Shown here piece by piece: positions 1-9,618 of a stretch of 42,495 nucleotides of DNA. The notes under the pieces were generated by a model. It did not search any database, was not told the origin of the DNA, and saw only the letters and a list, made by a program, of their open reading frames with translations. The stretch spans positions 1-42,495 of the forward strand of contig JANRJP010000132.1 in the NCBI GenBank assembly GCA_033763905.1, written 5' to 3'. Origin of the DNA: Gemmatimonadaceae bacterium. GTDB taxonomy: Bacteria; Gemmatimonadota; Gemmatimonadetes; Gemmatimonadales; Gemmatimonadaceae. Position 1 is the stretch's first letter; the number at the start of each line of letters is the position of its first letter. Position numbers and translations under genes: made by a program.

Positions 1-125
1 CTGAGCCCGCGCCGCTGAACCCGAGGGGCCGGCGCCATCGTGCCGCCACTCCGCTGCAGGTCGCGCTGGGACTATGTTTTGGTGCTGGGCGCCATCGGCG
101 TCCGCCCGCCTGAACCCGCCCCACC

Positions 126-1922
126 GTGCAGCCAGACCGCATCCGAAATTTCTGCATCGTCGCCCACATCGACCACGGGAAGTCCACCCTGGCCGATCGT
201 TTGATCGAGGCCACGGGCACCCTGCAGAAGCGTGAAATGAAGGCCCAGGTGCTCGACACCCTGGACCTCGAACGCGAACGCGGCATCACGATCAAGCTCA
301 ATGCCTGCCGGATGTCCTACACGGCCAAGGATGGCATCGAGTACGAATTGAACCTCATCGACACCCCCGGGCACGTCGACTTCACCTACGAAGTCTCGCG
401 CTCGCTCGCGGCGTGCGAAGGCGCCATTCTCGTCGTCGATGCGTCCCAGGGCATTCAGGCGCAGACGCTGTCGAATCTCTTCCTGGCGCTCGACGCCGGG
501 CTCGAGATCATTCCGATTCTCAACAAGATCGACCTCCCTGGCGCCGAACCCGAAAAGCGCCGACAGGAAGTCGTGAACCTCATCGGCTGTCAGCCCGAAG
601 ACATCCTCTTGGTCAGCGCCAAGGAAGGGCTGGGCATTCCCGAGTTGCTCGAAGCCGTGGTCGCCAAGGTGCCGCCGCCGGTCGGCGATCCCGACGCGCC
701 GCTCCGCGCGCTCATCTTCGATTCGTACTACGACAAGTACCGCGGGGCCGTCCCCAGCGTGCGCGTAGTCGACGGCACGCTCAAGAAGGGGATGCACATC
801 TGCTTCGGCGCCGGCGAAGGCCAGTACGAAGTCACGCAGATCGGCTTTCAGCAGCTGCGGCCGGTGATCGCCGAGTCGCTGGGCCCCGGCGAAGTCGGCT
901 GGGTGGTCGCCAGCGTGCGCTCGGTGACCGAAACGCGCGCGGGCGACACGATCTTCGACGCCAAGAACCGCGCCCCGGAGCCGTTGCCGGGCTACCAGCC
1001 GGTGCGCTCGTTTGTCTTCGCCGGCATTTATCCGACCGACACCACGCAGTACGAAACGCTCCGCGACGCGCTCGAGAAGCTCAAGCTCAACGACGCCGCG
1101 CTGCAGTACGAGCCCGAAAGCTCCACCGCGCTGGGGTTCGGCTTCCGGTGCGGCTTCCTCGGCCTGCTGCATATGGAGATCGTCCAGGAGCGACTCGAGC
1201 GCGAGTACGATCTCGACCTCGTCACCACGGTGCCGAGCGTCGAGTACGACGTCTTTCTCACTGACGGCACCGAAATCCGCGTCGAGAACCCGGCCCTGAT
1301 GCCGCCGGCGGCCAACATCGAGCGCGTTGAAGAGCCCTTCGTGAAGGCGCGCATTATGGCGCCCACGGATTACATCGGGCCGATTATGACGCTCGGCACC
1401 GAGCGCCGCGGCATCTACAAGGGGATGACCTACCTCGACCAATCGCGCGTGGAATTCGACTTCGAGTTCCCGCTCGGCGAGATCATCCTCGACTTCTTCG
1501 ATCGCCTCAAGACGGTCTCGCGCGGCTACGCGTCGCTCGACTACGAGATGCTCGAGAATCGCGCGAGCGATCTCGTGAAACTCGATATGCTCATCAATGG
1601 CGATCCCATCGATGCGTTCTCGGTGATCATTCACCGCGACAAGGCGTACGAGTGGGGCCGCAAGATCGCCGAGAAGCTCAAGGAACTCATTCCTCGACAG
1701 CTCTTCGAGGTCGCGATCCAGGCGGCGATCGGCCAGAAGGTCATCGCGCGCGAGACGGTCAAGCCGTTGCGCAAGGACGTGCTCGCGAAGTGCTACGGCG
1801 GCGACATCAGCCGCAAGCGCAAGCTTCTCGAAAAGCAGAAGGAGGGCAAGAAGCGGATGAAGCAGGTCGGAGCCGTCGAAATCCCGCAGGAAGCCTTCCT
1901 CGCCGTGTTGCAGGTCGAATGA
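126..1922 (+). CDS. lepA: Translation elongation factor 4 (LepA)
   Basis: [43 protein letters not shown] GTPase motifs; C-terminal [28 protein letters not shown] start. Confidence 0.99.
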   Translation: MQPDRIRNFCIVAHIDHGKSTLADRLIEATGTLQKREMKAQVLDTLDLERERGITIKLNACRMSYTAKDGIEYELNLIDTPGHVDFTYEVSRSLAACEGAILVVDASQGIQAQTLSNLFLALDAGLEIIPILNKIDLPGAEPEKRRQEVVNLIGCQPEDILLVSAKEGLGIPELLEAVVAKVPPPVGDPDAPLRALIFDSYYDKYRGAVPSVRVVDGTLKKGMHICFGAGEGQYEVTQIGFQQLRPVIAESLGPGEVGWVVASVRSVTETRAGDTIFDAKNRAPEPLPGYQPVRSFVFAGIYPTDTTQYETLRDALEKLKLNDAALQYEPESSTALGFGFRCGFLGLLHMEIVQERLEREYDLDLVTTVPSVEYDVFLTDGTEIRVENPALMPPAANIERVEEPFVKARIMAPTDYIGPIMTLGTERRGIYKGMTYLDQSRVEFDFEFPLGEIILDFFDRLKTVSRGYASLDYEMLENRASDLVKLDMLINGDPIDAFSVIIHRDKAYEWGRKIAEKLKELIPRQLFEVAIQAAIGQKVIARETVKPLRKDVLAKCYGGDISRKRKLLEKQKEGKKRMKQVGAVEIPQEAFLAVLQVE

Positions 1923-2914
1923 GCACCGGCGGCTGGATCATTGGCGTCGATCTGGGCGGCACCACCATTTCGGTGGGTGCCGTCTCGACCGACGGATCGC
2001 GGCAGCACGGACTGCGCACGGTGGCGACGCTCTCGGCCGAGGGCGCCGACGCCGTCGTCGGACGGATCGCGACGCAGGTACTGGGCGTCGTCGACGATCT
2101 GCAGCGGGATCTTGGCGTCGCGCGCCGCGAGGTGCACGGGGTCGGCATCGGATCGCCCGGCCCGCTCGATCGCGCGCGCGGCGTCGTGATCACGACGCCC
2201 AACCTGGGGTGGACGGAGTTCCCGATCCGCACCCGCGTTGCCGAAGCCACCGGCCTCGATGCCTCGCTCGACAACGATGCGAATTGTGCCACGCTCGGAG
2301 AATGGTGGCTGGGCGCCGCGCGCGGTGGCCGGCACGTCATCGGCATCACGCTCGGTACCGGCATCGGCGGCGGCATCATCGTCGACGGCCGGATGTTTCA
2401 CGGCGCGAGCGACGTCGCCGCCGAGATCGGCCATATGACGGTCGATTTGACCGGTCGGCGCTGCGGCTGCGGCAACGAAGGCTGCCTCGAGGCTTACGCG
2501 AGCGGCCCGGGGATCGCCGCGCGCGCGCGCGAGTCCCTCGAGGCCAGTGGTGCCGCGTCATCGATGCGCGACGCCGTCGGCGGCGACCTGAAGAAGCTCA
2601 CCGCGCAGGTGGTCTACGCGTCCGCCGGCGAAGGAGACCACGAAGCCCGCGAGATCGTGCGCGAAACGGCCGAGTACCTCGGCGTTGGCGTGGCCAACCT
2701 GCTCAACATCTTCAACCCGGATGTCGTGGTGCTCGCCGGCGGCGTCGCGCAGGCGGGTGATCTGCTCTTCGAACCGTTGCGCGCCGTGGTGCGCCGACGA
2801 GCCTTCAAGCCGGCGGTCGATGCCTGTCGCATCGTCCCCGGCGTGCTCGGCGCGGCGGCTGGCGTGGTCGGCGCCGCCGCGACCTTCCGCGAACAGCGCG
2901 GGCTCACGGCGTGA
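1919..2914 (+). CDS. ROK-family sugar kinase (glucokinase/GlcNAc-kinase-like)
   Basis: Start at ATGA overlap with lepA stop (ORF track over-extends to 1652); [35 protein letters not shown] zinc motif. Confidence 0.93.
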   Translation: MSTGGWIIGVDLGGTTISVGAVSTDGSRQHGLRTVATLSAEGADAVVGRIATQVLGVVDDLQRDLGVARREVHGVGIGSPGPLDRARGVVITTPNLGWTEFPIRTRVAEATGLDASLDNDANCATLGEWWLGAARGGRHVIGITLGTGIGGGIIVDGRMFHGASDVAAEIGHMTVDLTGRRCGCGNEGCLEAYASGPGIAARARESLEASGAASSMRDAVGGDLKKLTAQVVYASAGEGDHEAREIVRETAEYLGVGVANLLNIFNPDVVVLAGGVAQAGDLLFEPLRAVVRRRAFKPAVDACRIVPGVLGAAAGVVGAAATFREQRGLTA

Positions 2915-3918
2915 CGGCGGCGCCGCCCGCCGGCGGCGCCCGCGTCAAGCGACTCGGCGTCATCGGCTCGTTCGTCTGGGACGAGATCCACGGCCGCGAA
3001 CCGGCCGCGCCCGTCATGCAGGAGTGGGGCGGCATCACGTATGCCCTCGGCGCGCTCGATGCCGCGCTGGGCGACGACTGGCTGATCACGCCGGTCGTGA
3101 AGGTCGGCGACGACCTCGCCGCGCAAGCGCGAGAGTTCCTGCGCACCCTGCGTCGCATCGATCCCGACGCCGCGCCCGTGGTGGTGCCGCAGCGGAACAA
3201 CCGCGTGACCTTGCGCTACGTCAGCGCCGAGCGCCGCACCGAGACCCTGAGTGGCGGCGTGCCGACGTGGTCGTGGCTGGGCCTCGCGCCGCTGCTGCAT
3301 GGCCTCGATGCGCTGTACGTGAACCTGATCAGTGGGTTCGAGCTCGACCTCGACACGTTCCGGCTGATTCGACAGCACTTTCGCGGGCCGATCTACACCG
3401 ACCTGCACTCGGCGACGCTCGCCGTGCTGCCCGACGGGCTCCGTGCGCCGCGGCCCTTGCCTGACGCCGCTGCCTGGTGCCGCTGCACCGACTGGTTGCA
3501 AGTCAACGAGGACGAACTCGCGATGCTCGCCCCGGATGGCCTGGCCTTGGCCGCCACCGCGCTCGACGGCGGCGTGCGGGGCGTGCTCGTCACGCTCGGT
3601 GCGCGTGGGGCCGCGTGGTTCGCGCCCGCGGCCGTGGCCGAGGCGACACCGGCCATGGGCGGTGCGCTGTCAGCCCCGCTGTCAAGTGGACCGATGGTGT
3701 CGGGGAAGCTGGCGGCAGTGCCGATTCTGGACACCGATGTCAACGATCCGACGGGTTGCGGCGACGTGTGGGGAGCCACGATGTTTGCGTCCCTACTTCA
3801 GGGCGCTACTCTTGAAGGCGCCATGCAAGCCGCCCATCGGGCGGCAGCGAGGAACGTCCGCCATCGCGGCGCGTCGGGACTCGCTGACCATCTTCGTGGA
3901 GAACTCAGCCGCTCGTGA
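2911..3918 (+). CDS. PfkB/ribokinase-family carbohydrate kinase
   Basis: GTGA overlap; NEDE, VTLGARGA and DPTGCGDVWG anion-hole motifs. Confidence 0.85.
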   Translation: MTAAPPAGGARVKRLGVIGSFVWDEIHGREPAAPVMQEWGGITYALGALDAALGDDWLITPVVKVGDDLAAQAREFLRTLRRIDPDAAPVVVPQRNNRVTLRYVSAERRTETLSGGVPTWSWLGLAPLLHGLDALYVNLISGFELDLDTFRLIRQHFRGPIYTDLHSATLAVLPDGLRAPRPLPDAAAWCRCTDWLQVNEDELAMLAPDGLALAATALDGGVRGVLVTLGARGAAWFAPAAVAEATPAMGGALSAPLSSGPMVSGKLAAVPILDTDVNDPTGCGDVWGATMFASLLQGATLEGAMQAAHRAAARNVRHRGASGLADHLRGELSRS

Positions 3919-4802
3919 CCGCCGTCATCAACGTCCCCCCTTCCCTTGACGACAGCACCTTTGAATTGGTGCTCGATCAAGTGGCACGGGTGCCGGCCGA
4001 GGAGAAGCTCCTCGTCGACGCGCGACACGCCAAGTGGAGCTCGCCCTACGGCCTGACGGCCCTGCTCACGCTCGCCCAGTCGCGCGCCGAGCGGCCGTCG
4101 TTCACCGGCCCCGAAGACGAAAACGTGGCGTCGTACTGGTCGCGACTCGCCTTCTACCGGCACGCCGAGCGCGTGTTCGAACTGCACGGCTTCGTCCCGC
4201 GGCCCAAGCCGGCCGGCGAATCGGATGTGTTGCTCGAAATCACGCCGATCACCAAGTCGGACGACGTGCACGAAGTCGTCGGTCGCATTCAAGAGAAGGC
4301 CAAGCAAATCCTCACGACGGGACTGCACCTCGATCCGAAGGCCACGATGGGCTTCGCGATGACGCTGTCCGAGTCGTGTCAGAACATCATCGAACACGCC
4401 GGCCAGGGTGGGTGGGTGGCCGTGCAGAAGTACTCGTGGCGCAAGCGCCTCGGCCGCAACGTCGTCGTCATTGCCGTGACCGATGCCGGGCAGGGCTTCC
4501 GGCATTCGCTGGAGTCGTCCCCCGCCCGCAAGCTCTCCGACCACTGGGACGACGCGAAAGCGCTCGAACAGGCGGTGATGAACGGACAGTCGCGGCACGC
4601 GCAAGCGGGACGCGGGCAGGGACTCAAGGGGGTTCGCCGTTTTCTCAGCCGCTGGAATGGCCGGCTCTCGATCCGCAGCGGTACCGCGCGGATCACCGAG
4701 GGGTCGGGCGAACTGGCGGCCGATATTCCGATGGAGAAGGGCCTGGCACCGTTCCCCGGTGCGCAGGTTCAGGTCGTCATTCCGGAGCACATCGAGACGT
4801 GA
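3915..4802 (+). CDS. STAS-like + HATPase (GHKL) protein, anti-sigma-factor/Ser-kinase-like
   Basis: N-terminal STAS-like segment (LLVDARHAKWSSPYGLTALL); N-box ESCQNIIEHA, G1 VTDAGQG, G2 GRGQGL; no HisKA H-box evident; GTGA overlap. Confidence 0.75.
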   Translation: MTAVINVPPSLDDSTFELVLDQVARVPAEEKLLVDARHAKWSSPYGLTALLTLAQSRAERPSFTGPEDENVASYWSRLAFYRHAERVFELHGFVPRPKPAGESDVLLEITPITKSDDVHEVVGRIQEKAKQILTTGLHLDPKATMGFAMTLSESCQNIIEHAGQGGWVAVQKYSWRKRLGRNVVVIAVTDAGQGFRHSLESSPARKLSDHWDDAKALEQAVMNGQSRHAQAGRGQGLKGVRRFLSRWNGRLSIRSGTARITEGSGELAADIPMEKGLAPFPGAQVQVVIPEHIET

Positions 4803-5359
4803 CGCCTCTCATTGACGTGGGGGCCGTCCTTCGCGGGTCGGTCGCCGATCGATATTCCAATCTCGTCACGCGCCACACCGGCCGTGCCGTGCGCAGCGGG
4901 ATCGAGCGTGAGCTCGAGAGCTTCGCCGACGGCCGGGTCGCGATCATCGACTTTTCGCACGTCAGTCTGCTCGACTATTCGTGCGCCGACGAGATCATTG
5001 CCCAACTGCTCATTCGGTTTGCCGGCGGCGACAGTGATGCGTCGACGCCCGAGGCGTACTTCGTCTTCCGCGGCGTGGGCGATCATCTGGATCCGATCGA
5101 GCACGTCTTGGAGCATCACGGCCTCGCGATCGTGATGGAGACTCCCGGCGGCGACACGCACCTCATCGGTGAAGTCAGCGAGGCCGAGCGGCTCGCGTGG
5201 CACGTCGTCAAGCGCGTCGGCCCCGCCGCCGTCGTGGACGTCGCGCACGAAGCCGGCCTGCCCACCGACGCGTGCGAGCGCGCCTTGCTCGGGCTCTGGA
5301 ACCGTCGACTCGTGGTGCGTGACGCCTCGCGCTTCATCGCCGTCGGAGCCGTGCAGTGA
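4799..5359 (+). CDS. STAS-like (DUF4325-type) domain + C-terminal winged HTH protein
   Basis: GTG at 4799 overlaps upstream TGA, in frame with ORF 4034..5359; LVTRHTGRAVR, IIDFSHVSLLDYSCADE STAS signature; C-terminal VVDVAHEAGLPTDACERALLGLWNRRLV wHTH pattern. Confidence 0.7.
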   Translation: MTPLIDVGAVLRGSVADRYSNLVTRHTGRAVRSGIERELESFADGRVAIIDFSHVSLLDYSCADEIIAQLLIRFAGGDSDASTPEAYFVFRGVGDHLDPIEHVLEHHGLAIVMETPGGDTHLIGEVSEAERLAWHVVKRVGPAAVVDVAHEAGLPTDACERALLGLWNRRLVVRDASRFIAVGAVQ

Positions 5360-5655
5360 GCGGAGGCCGCGACGCGCCGCTGCAGGTGACGCGCTTCGTG
5401 GCCACTCGCGTGCGTGACGCGGAGCGAGGTCCGCTGATCTGGATCAACGCGCAGGAAGCCGCCCAGCGCCTGCTCGTCGACGGCGAGCTGGTGTACGTCG
5501 AAGGCCCCAAGCGCCGCGAATTGGCGCCGCTCATCATCGACGATGCCGTCCCCCGTGGTGAAGCCGTCGTTCGCGACATCGCGGGCGTGGTGCTCACCGA
5601 TCTGATCCGCGTCCGGAAGCCCGAGTTCGACCGCGGGCCGCGCGTCCGCGTCTGA
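5356..5655 (+). CDS. Stand-alone molybdopterin-dinucleotide-binding-like (double-psi beta-barrel) small protein
   Basis: PLIWINAQEAAQRLLVDGELVYVEG...IDDAVPRG resembles the Molydop_binding pattern; coupled to both neighbours. Confidence 0.65.
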   Translation: MSGGRDAPLQVTRFVATRVRDAERGPLIWINAQEAAQRLLVDGELVYVEGPKRRELAPLIIDDAVPRGEAVVRDIAGVVLTDLIRVRKPEFDRGPRVRV

Positions 5656-6809
5656 TGATGGCCCGCGCCGAGCGACGCAGCGTTTCTCCGGCCACGATCG
5701 CCGTGCACGGCGGTGCCGAGCGCAGCGACCTCGACGGCGGCGTCCCGCCGGTCATTCGCGAACTCCCCGTGGAAGTCGAGTACGGGGGCTCCGACGGCAT
5801 CCGCCGCACGGCAACCACCGACGCGTCGGACAGCGTCGCTCAGCGCGTGGCGGCCCTCGAAGGTGCCGAGGCGGCGCAGCTCGTGGGGACCGGCCTCGGC
5901 GCCACCGCAGCCGCGTTGCTCGCCCTCCTCCGCCCCGGCGACCACCTGCTGGCGTCGAGTTGGCTCCCCGGTGGGGTCCGACGGTTTCTGGTCGAGGAAC
6001 TCGGCCCGATGGGCATCGACGTCTCGCTCGTCGATCCGCTCGAAAGCCGCGGATGGCGCAAGCGCGTGCGCAAGCAGACGCGCGCGATCTTCGTCGAGTC
6101 GCCGGTCAGTGGCTCGGGTCGTGTATTGGACCTGCGGCCGATTTCGTATCTCACCCACGAAGTCGGTCTCGCGCTTGTCGTCGACGCCACCCGGGCAACG
6201 CCGGCCGTCTTCCGACCGATCGCGCACGGGGCCGACGTCGTCATTCACAGCTCGCTGCGTCTCCTCGGTGGTGCGCCCGACGTCGCTGGCGGCGTGGTCG
6301 CGGGCACCGCGAGCTACATCGAGGAAGTCCGCGAAAAGATGTTCCGCTGGGGGCAGGCGCCCCATCCGGATGCCGCGTGGCTGCTGCTGCGGTCGCTGCC
6401 GTCGCTCTTCGTGCGCCTCGCGCGCCAGGGGGAGAGCGCCGAGCGGATCGCCCGGTGGGCAGCCGGACGCAAGGATATCCGCAAGGTGCACTGGCCCGGC
6501 CTCGCCGATCATCCCGATCAAGAGATCGCGTCGGTGATGCTCGATCGCCCGGTGCCTTTCGTCGGCATCGAGCTGGGAGGTGGCGCCAAGGCGGCGGATC
6601 GCTGCCTGCGGCGACTGCGTCTCGTGCGTCCCGCCGCGGCCCTCGGTGCCGCCGAGACCTGCGCCAGTGAGCCCCGGCTCGTCACCCACCCGCACCTGGA
6701 TGCCCAGGAACGGGGCATCCTCGGGATGCCCGATGGCCTGATCCAAATCGCCCTCGGGCTCGAAGACCCCGACGACCTTATCGCGGATTTCGAGCAGGCC
6801 CTGCGCTAG
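5655..6809 (+). CDS. Cys/Met-metabolism PLP-fold protein with degenerate active site (probable pseudoenzyme)
   Basis: VAALEGAEAA, LLRPGDH, VVDAT.ATP, GADVVIHS, GLEDPDDLIADFEQAL follow the MetB/MetC/MGL fold; PLP-Lys motif reads HSSLRLLGG. Confidence 0.85.
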   Translation: MMARAERRSVSPATIAVHGGAERSDLDGGVPPVIRELPVEVEYGGSDGIRRTATTDASDSVAQRVAALEGAEAAQLVGTGLGATAAALLALLRPGDHLLASSWLPGGVRRFLVEELGPMGIDVSLVDPLESRGWRKRVRKQTRAIFVESPVSGSGRVLDLRPISYLTHEVGLALVVDATRATPAVFRPIAHGADVVIHSSLRLLGGAPDVAGGVVAGTASYIEEVREKMFRWGQAPHPDAAWLLLRSLPSLFVRLARQGESAERIARWAAGRKDIRKVHWPGLADHPDQEIASVMLDRPVPFVGIELGGGAKAADRCLRRLRLVRPAAALGAAETCASEPRLVTHPHLDAQERGILGMPDGLIQIALGLEDPDDLIADFEQALR

Positions 6810-6820
6810 GTTTCGCCGGT

Positions 6821-7510
6821 GTGATCCGCTACACCAGCGTCCACAAGGAATACCCCCGCACCGGCGTCGCCCTCACCGGCGTCTCGCTCACCGTGCTCAA
6901 GGGGGAATTCGTCTTTCTCACCGGCCCCTCTGGCGCCGGCAAGAGCACCTTCCTCAAGCTGCTCTACTTCGAAGAGCGCCCGACGCGCGGGGAAGTCAAG
7001 ATCGGCCCGGTGTCGTCCGCCACAGCCAGCAAGTCCGACGTGGCCAAGCTGCGACGCCGCATCGGCATCGTCTTCCAGGACTTCCGGCTGCTCGAGGACC
7101 GCACCGCCGAGCAGAATGTCGCATTCGCCCTCGAAGTGATCGGCACGCCGCGCGCCGTGATTCCGGCCAAGGTCAATCGCGCGCTGCAGCAGGTCGGGCT
7201 CGCGGCCAAGGCGACCGCATTGCCGCGCGAACTGTCCGGCGGTGAACAGCAGCGCGTCGCGATCGCGCGCGCGCTGGTCAACGACCCGATGGTTCTGATT
7301 GCCGATGAACCGACCGGCAACCTCGACGATCGCGCCACTCGCGGCATCTTCGAGTTGCTGCGCAGCATCAACGCCTCCGGCACCGCGGTGCTGATGGCGA
7401 CCCACAACCTCGACCTCATCCGCAAGAATCCGTTCCGGACGCTCGAGCTCAATCGCGGCCAGTTGGTCTTCGACTCGGCGGACTCGCCCGCCGGCGCGGA
7501 GGACCTGTGA
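6821..7510 (+). CDS. ftsE: Cell division ATP-binding protein FtsE
   Basis: GPSGAGKST, RRRIGIVFQDFRLL, LSGGEQQRVAIARA, ADEPTGNLD; upstream of ftsX. Confidence 0.95.
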   Translation: MIRYTSVHKEYPRTGVALTGVSLTVLKGEFVFLTGPSGAGKSTFLKLLYFEERPTRGEVKIGPVSSATASKSDVAKLRRRIGIVFQDFRLLEDRTAEQNVAFALEVIGTPRAVIPAKVNRALQQVGLAAKATALPRELSGGEQQRVAIARALVNDPMVLIADEPTGNLDDRATRGIFELLRSINASGTAVLMATHNLDLIRKNPFRTLELNRGQLVFDSADSPAGAEDL

Positions 7511-8355
7511 GACTCGCCGTGCGCGAGGCCCTGCTGGCGTTCCGGCGCGCGCCGCTGCTGAGCGCCCTGAGCGTGACGACGATCGCGGTGTCGTTGTTCG
7601 CCTTTGGCCTCTTCGGTCTGGTGGCCGTCAACCTGCGCGACGCCCTGCGGCAGGTCGAAGAACGCGTAGAGGTCCGCGCCTTTCTGGCCGAAGGCACCAC
7701 CGCCGACGCCGCCGCCGCCGCGATCGGCGACATTCTCGCCTTCCCGGAAGTCGCGACCGCGACCTACGTCACCTCGGAGCAGGCCCTCGCCCGCGCCCGG
7801 CGCGAACTCGGGGAGTTCGAAGACGTGTTCGATGGCGGCGTGCTCCCCGCGTCGATCGAGATTCGCCTCAAGGAGGGCGCGCGCGACCCGGGCACCGTCG
7901 GGGCCGTCGCGCGACGCCTGCGCAACTTCGCGTTCGTCGACGACGTCCGCTACGGCGCCGAGTGGGTCGAGAAGCTCTACCGCGTCCGCACCATTGCCTC
8001 GATCGCGGCGCTCGCGCTCGGCGTGGCGTTCGGCGCGGTCGCCATCATCGTGATCGGCGCCACGATCCGGATGACGGTCCTCGCGCGTGCGCGCGAGATC
8101 GCCATTATGCGCCTCGTCGGCGCGACCGACGGCTTCATCCGGCTGCCCTTCCTCCTCGAAGGACTCGCCAAGGGCGTCCTCGGTGGACTCGTCGCGCTGG
8201 GCGCCACCTGGATCGCGGCCACCGTCATCTCGGCGCAGATCTTCGCAGTGTCCTTCTTTGAGCCGCGCGTGGCGATCCTCGGCGTGCTCTGCGGCGCAGT
8301 GCTCGGCCTGCTCGGCAGCGCGGTCTCCGTCGGCCGACAGCTGAAGAAGGTCTGA
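7507..8355 (+). CDS. ftsX: Cell division permease FtsX
   Basis: TM1, periplasmic domain, three further TMs; REIAIMRLVGATDGFIRLPFLLEG. Confidence 0.93.
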   Translation: MRLAVREALLAFRRAPLLSALSVTTIAVSLFAFGLFGLVAVNLRDALRQVEERVEVRAFLAEGTTADAAAAAIGDILAFPEVATATYVTSEQALARARRELGEFEDVFDGGVLPASIEIRLKEGARDPGTVGAVARRLRNFAFVDDVRYGAEWVEKLYRVRTIASIAALALGVAFGAVAIIVIGATIRMTVLARAREIAIMRLVGATDGFIRLPFLLEGLAKGVLGGLVALGATWIAATVISAQIFAVSFFEPRVAILGVLCGAVLGLLGSAVSVGRQLKKV

Positions 8356-9566
8356 TGCCCATCCGCGGGCGACGCCTCGGACCGTTGCTGCTGCTCGGCC
8401 TATTCGCCAGCGGCGGTCGCGCGGCGCACGCGCAGCAGGAGCCGCCCCGCGGCGCGGAACAACGGGTCCGGCAGGAGCGCGAGCAGCTCGAACAGGTCCG
8501 CCGCGAGCGCCAACTGCTCGAGCAGCGCCTGCGGGAACTGCAGGGGACGATGCACGACCTTGGCGAAGAGGCCAGGAACCTCGATGCCCAGGCCGATGCC
8601 ACCGCGCGCGCCGTGTCGGCGCTCGATCGGCAGCTCTTTGCCCTGCGCGAAAGCATCGACGAAACCACCGCCGCCCTGCTCGGCGCCGAGGACGAGTTGG
8701 TCGCCAAGCGGGCCACGCTGCAGCGCCGCCTGCAGGACATCTACAAGCGCGGCCCGCTGCATACCGCCGAAGCGCTGCTCTCGGCAGCGTCCTTCGGCCA
8801 GCTGGTGTCACGCTACAAGTATCTGCACCTGGTCGCGCAGCGGGACCGCGCCTTGGTGGCGCGCGTCGCCGAGCTGCGCGCGCGCGTCGGCCGCCAGCGC
8901 GAGCAGCTGGTGCTGCTCGAAGGCGATATGGAGCGCAGCCGTCGCGATCGCGCCGAAGAAGAGCAGCGCTTGCGAGCCCTGGAGCGCGACCGCAACACCA
9001 GTCTCGCCACCGCCGAGCGGCAGGCGCGCCAAGTGGCGCAGCGCATCGAGCGCTACCGGCGCGACGAGAGCACCCTCGCCAGCGCGATCGAGAAGTTCGA
9101 ATCCGACCGCAAGCGCGCCGAGCTGCGCGTGAACGCGCCCGCGCCAGTCGCAAGTTCGTTGCGCACCGCCGATGTCGGTCGGCTCGACTGGCCGGTCGAT
9201 GGCACGATCATCTACCAGTTCGGTCGCGTGATCACCCCAGAGAACACAACCACCCGCTGGAATGGCATCGGGATTCAAGCACCGGTCGGCACCGCGGTGA
9301 AGGCCGTCGCGTCTGGTGAAGTGATGATCGCCGAGCCGATCGGGACCTATGGGCTCACCGTCGTCGTGCAGCACGGGGGTGGCGACTACTCGGTGTACGG
9401 CTCGCTGCAGCGTACGGCCGTCAAGAAGGGCGACAAAGTCACCAAGGGCACCGTGCTCGGTTCCGTCGGCAGCGCCGACCCGGAGATGCCACCACACCTG
9501 CATTTCGAGATCCGCCCACGCGGTCGCGCGATGGATCCGCTGCAGTGGCTCCGCAACCGCAAATGA
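8355..9566 (+). CDS. envC: EnvC-like murein hydrolase activator (coiled coil + M23/LytM domain)
   Basis: Signal peptide, long coiled coil, LDWPVDG...WNGIGI...HLHFEIR (first M23 metal motif degenerate); follows ftsEX. Confidence 0.85.
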   Translation: MPIRGRRLGPLLLLGLFASGGRAAHAQQEPPRGAEQRVRQEREQLEQVRRERQLLEQRLRELQGTMHDLGEEARNLDAQADATARAVSALDRQLFALRESIDETTAALLGAEDELVAKRATLQRRLQDIYKRGPLHTAEALLSAASFGQLVSRYKYLHLVAQRDRALVARVAELRARVGRQREQLVLLEGDMERSRRDRAEEEQRLRALERDRNTSLATAERQARQVAQRIERYRRDESTLASAIEKFESDRKRAELRVNAPAPVASSLRTADVGRLDWPVDGTIIYQFGRVITPENTTTRWNGIGIQAPVGTAVKAVASGEVMIAEPIGTYGLTVVVQHGGGDYSVYGSLQRTAVKKGDKVTKGTVLGSVGSADPEMPPHLHFEIRPRGRAMDPLQWLRNRK

Positions 9567-9575
9567 GCGTCGCGA

Positions 9576-9611
9576 GACACGGCTGACCGCCCGATGGCGG
9601 CCAGCCGTGTC
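9576..9611. terminator. Hairpin between convergent genes, probable bidirectional terminator
   Basis: GACACGGCTG-A-CCGCC / GGCGG-C-CAGCCGTGTC inverted repeat, 4-nt loop. Confidence 0.65.
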
Positions 9612-9618
9612 GCCCTGA

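Noticed and set aside
72..1634. Long antisense ORFs (also 6964..9153, 10434..12419, 20439..23510, 25868..27577, 28278..30122, 39330..41312 N-part)
   Set aside because: Shadow frames of real genes in high-GC DNA; no family motifs
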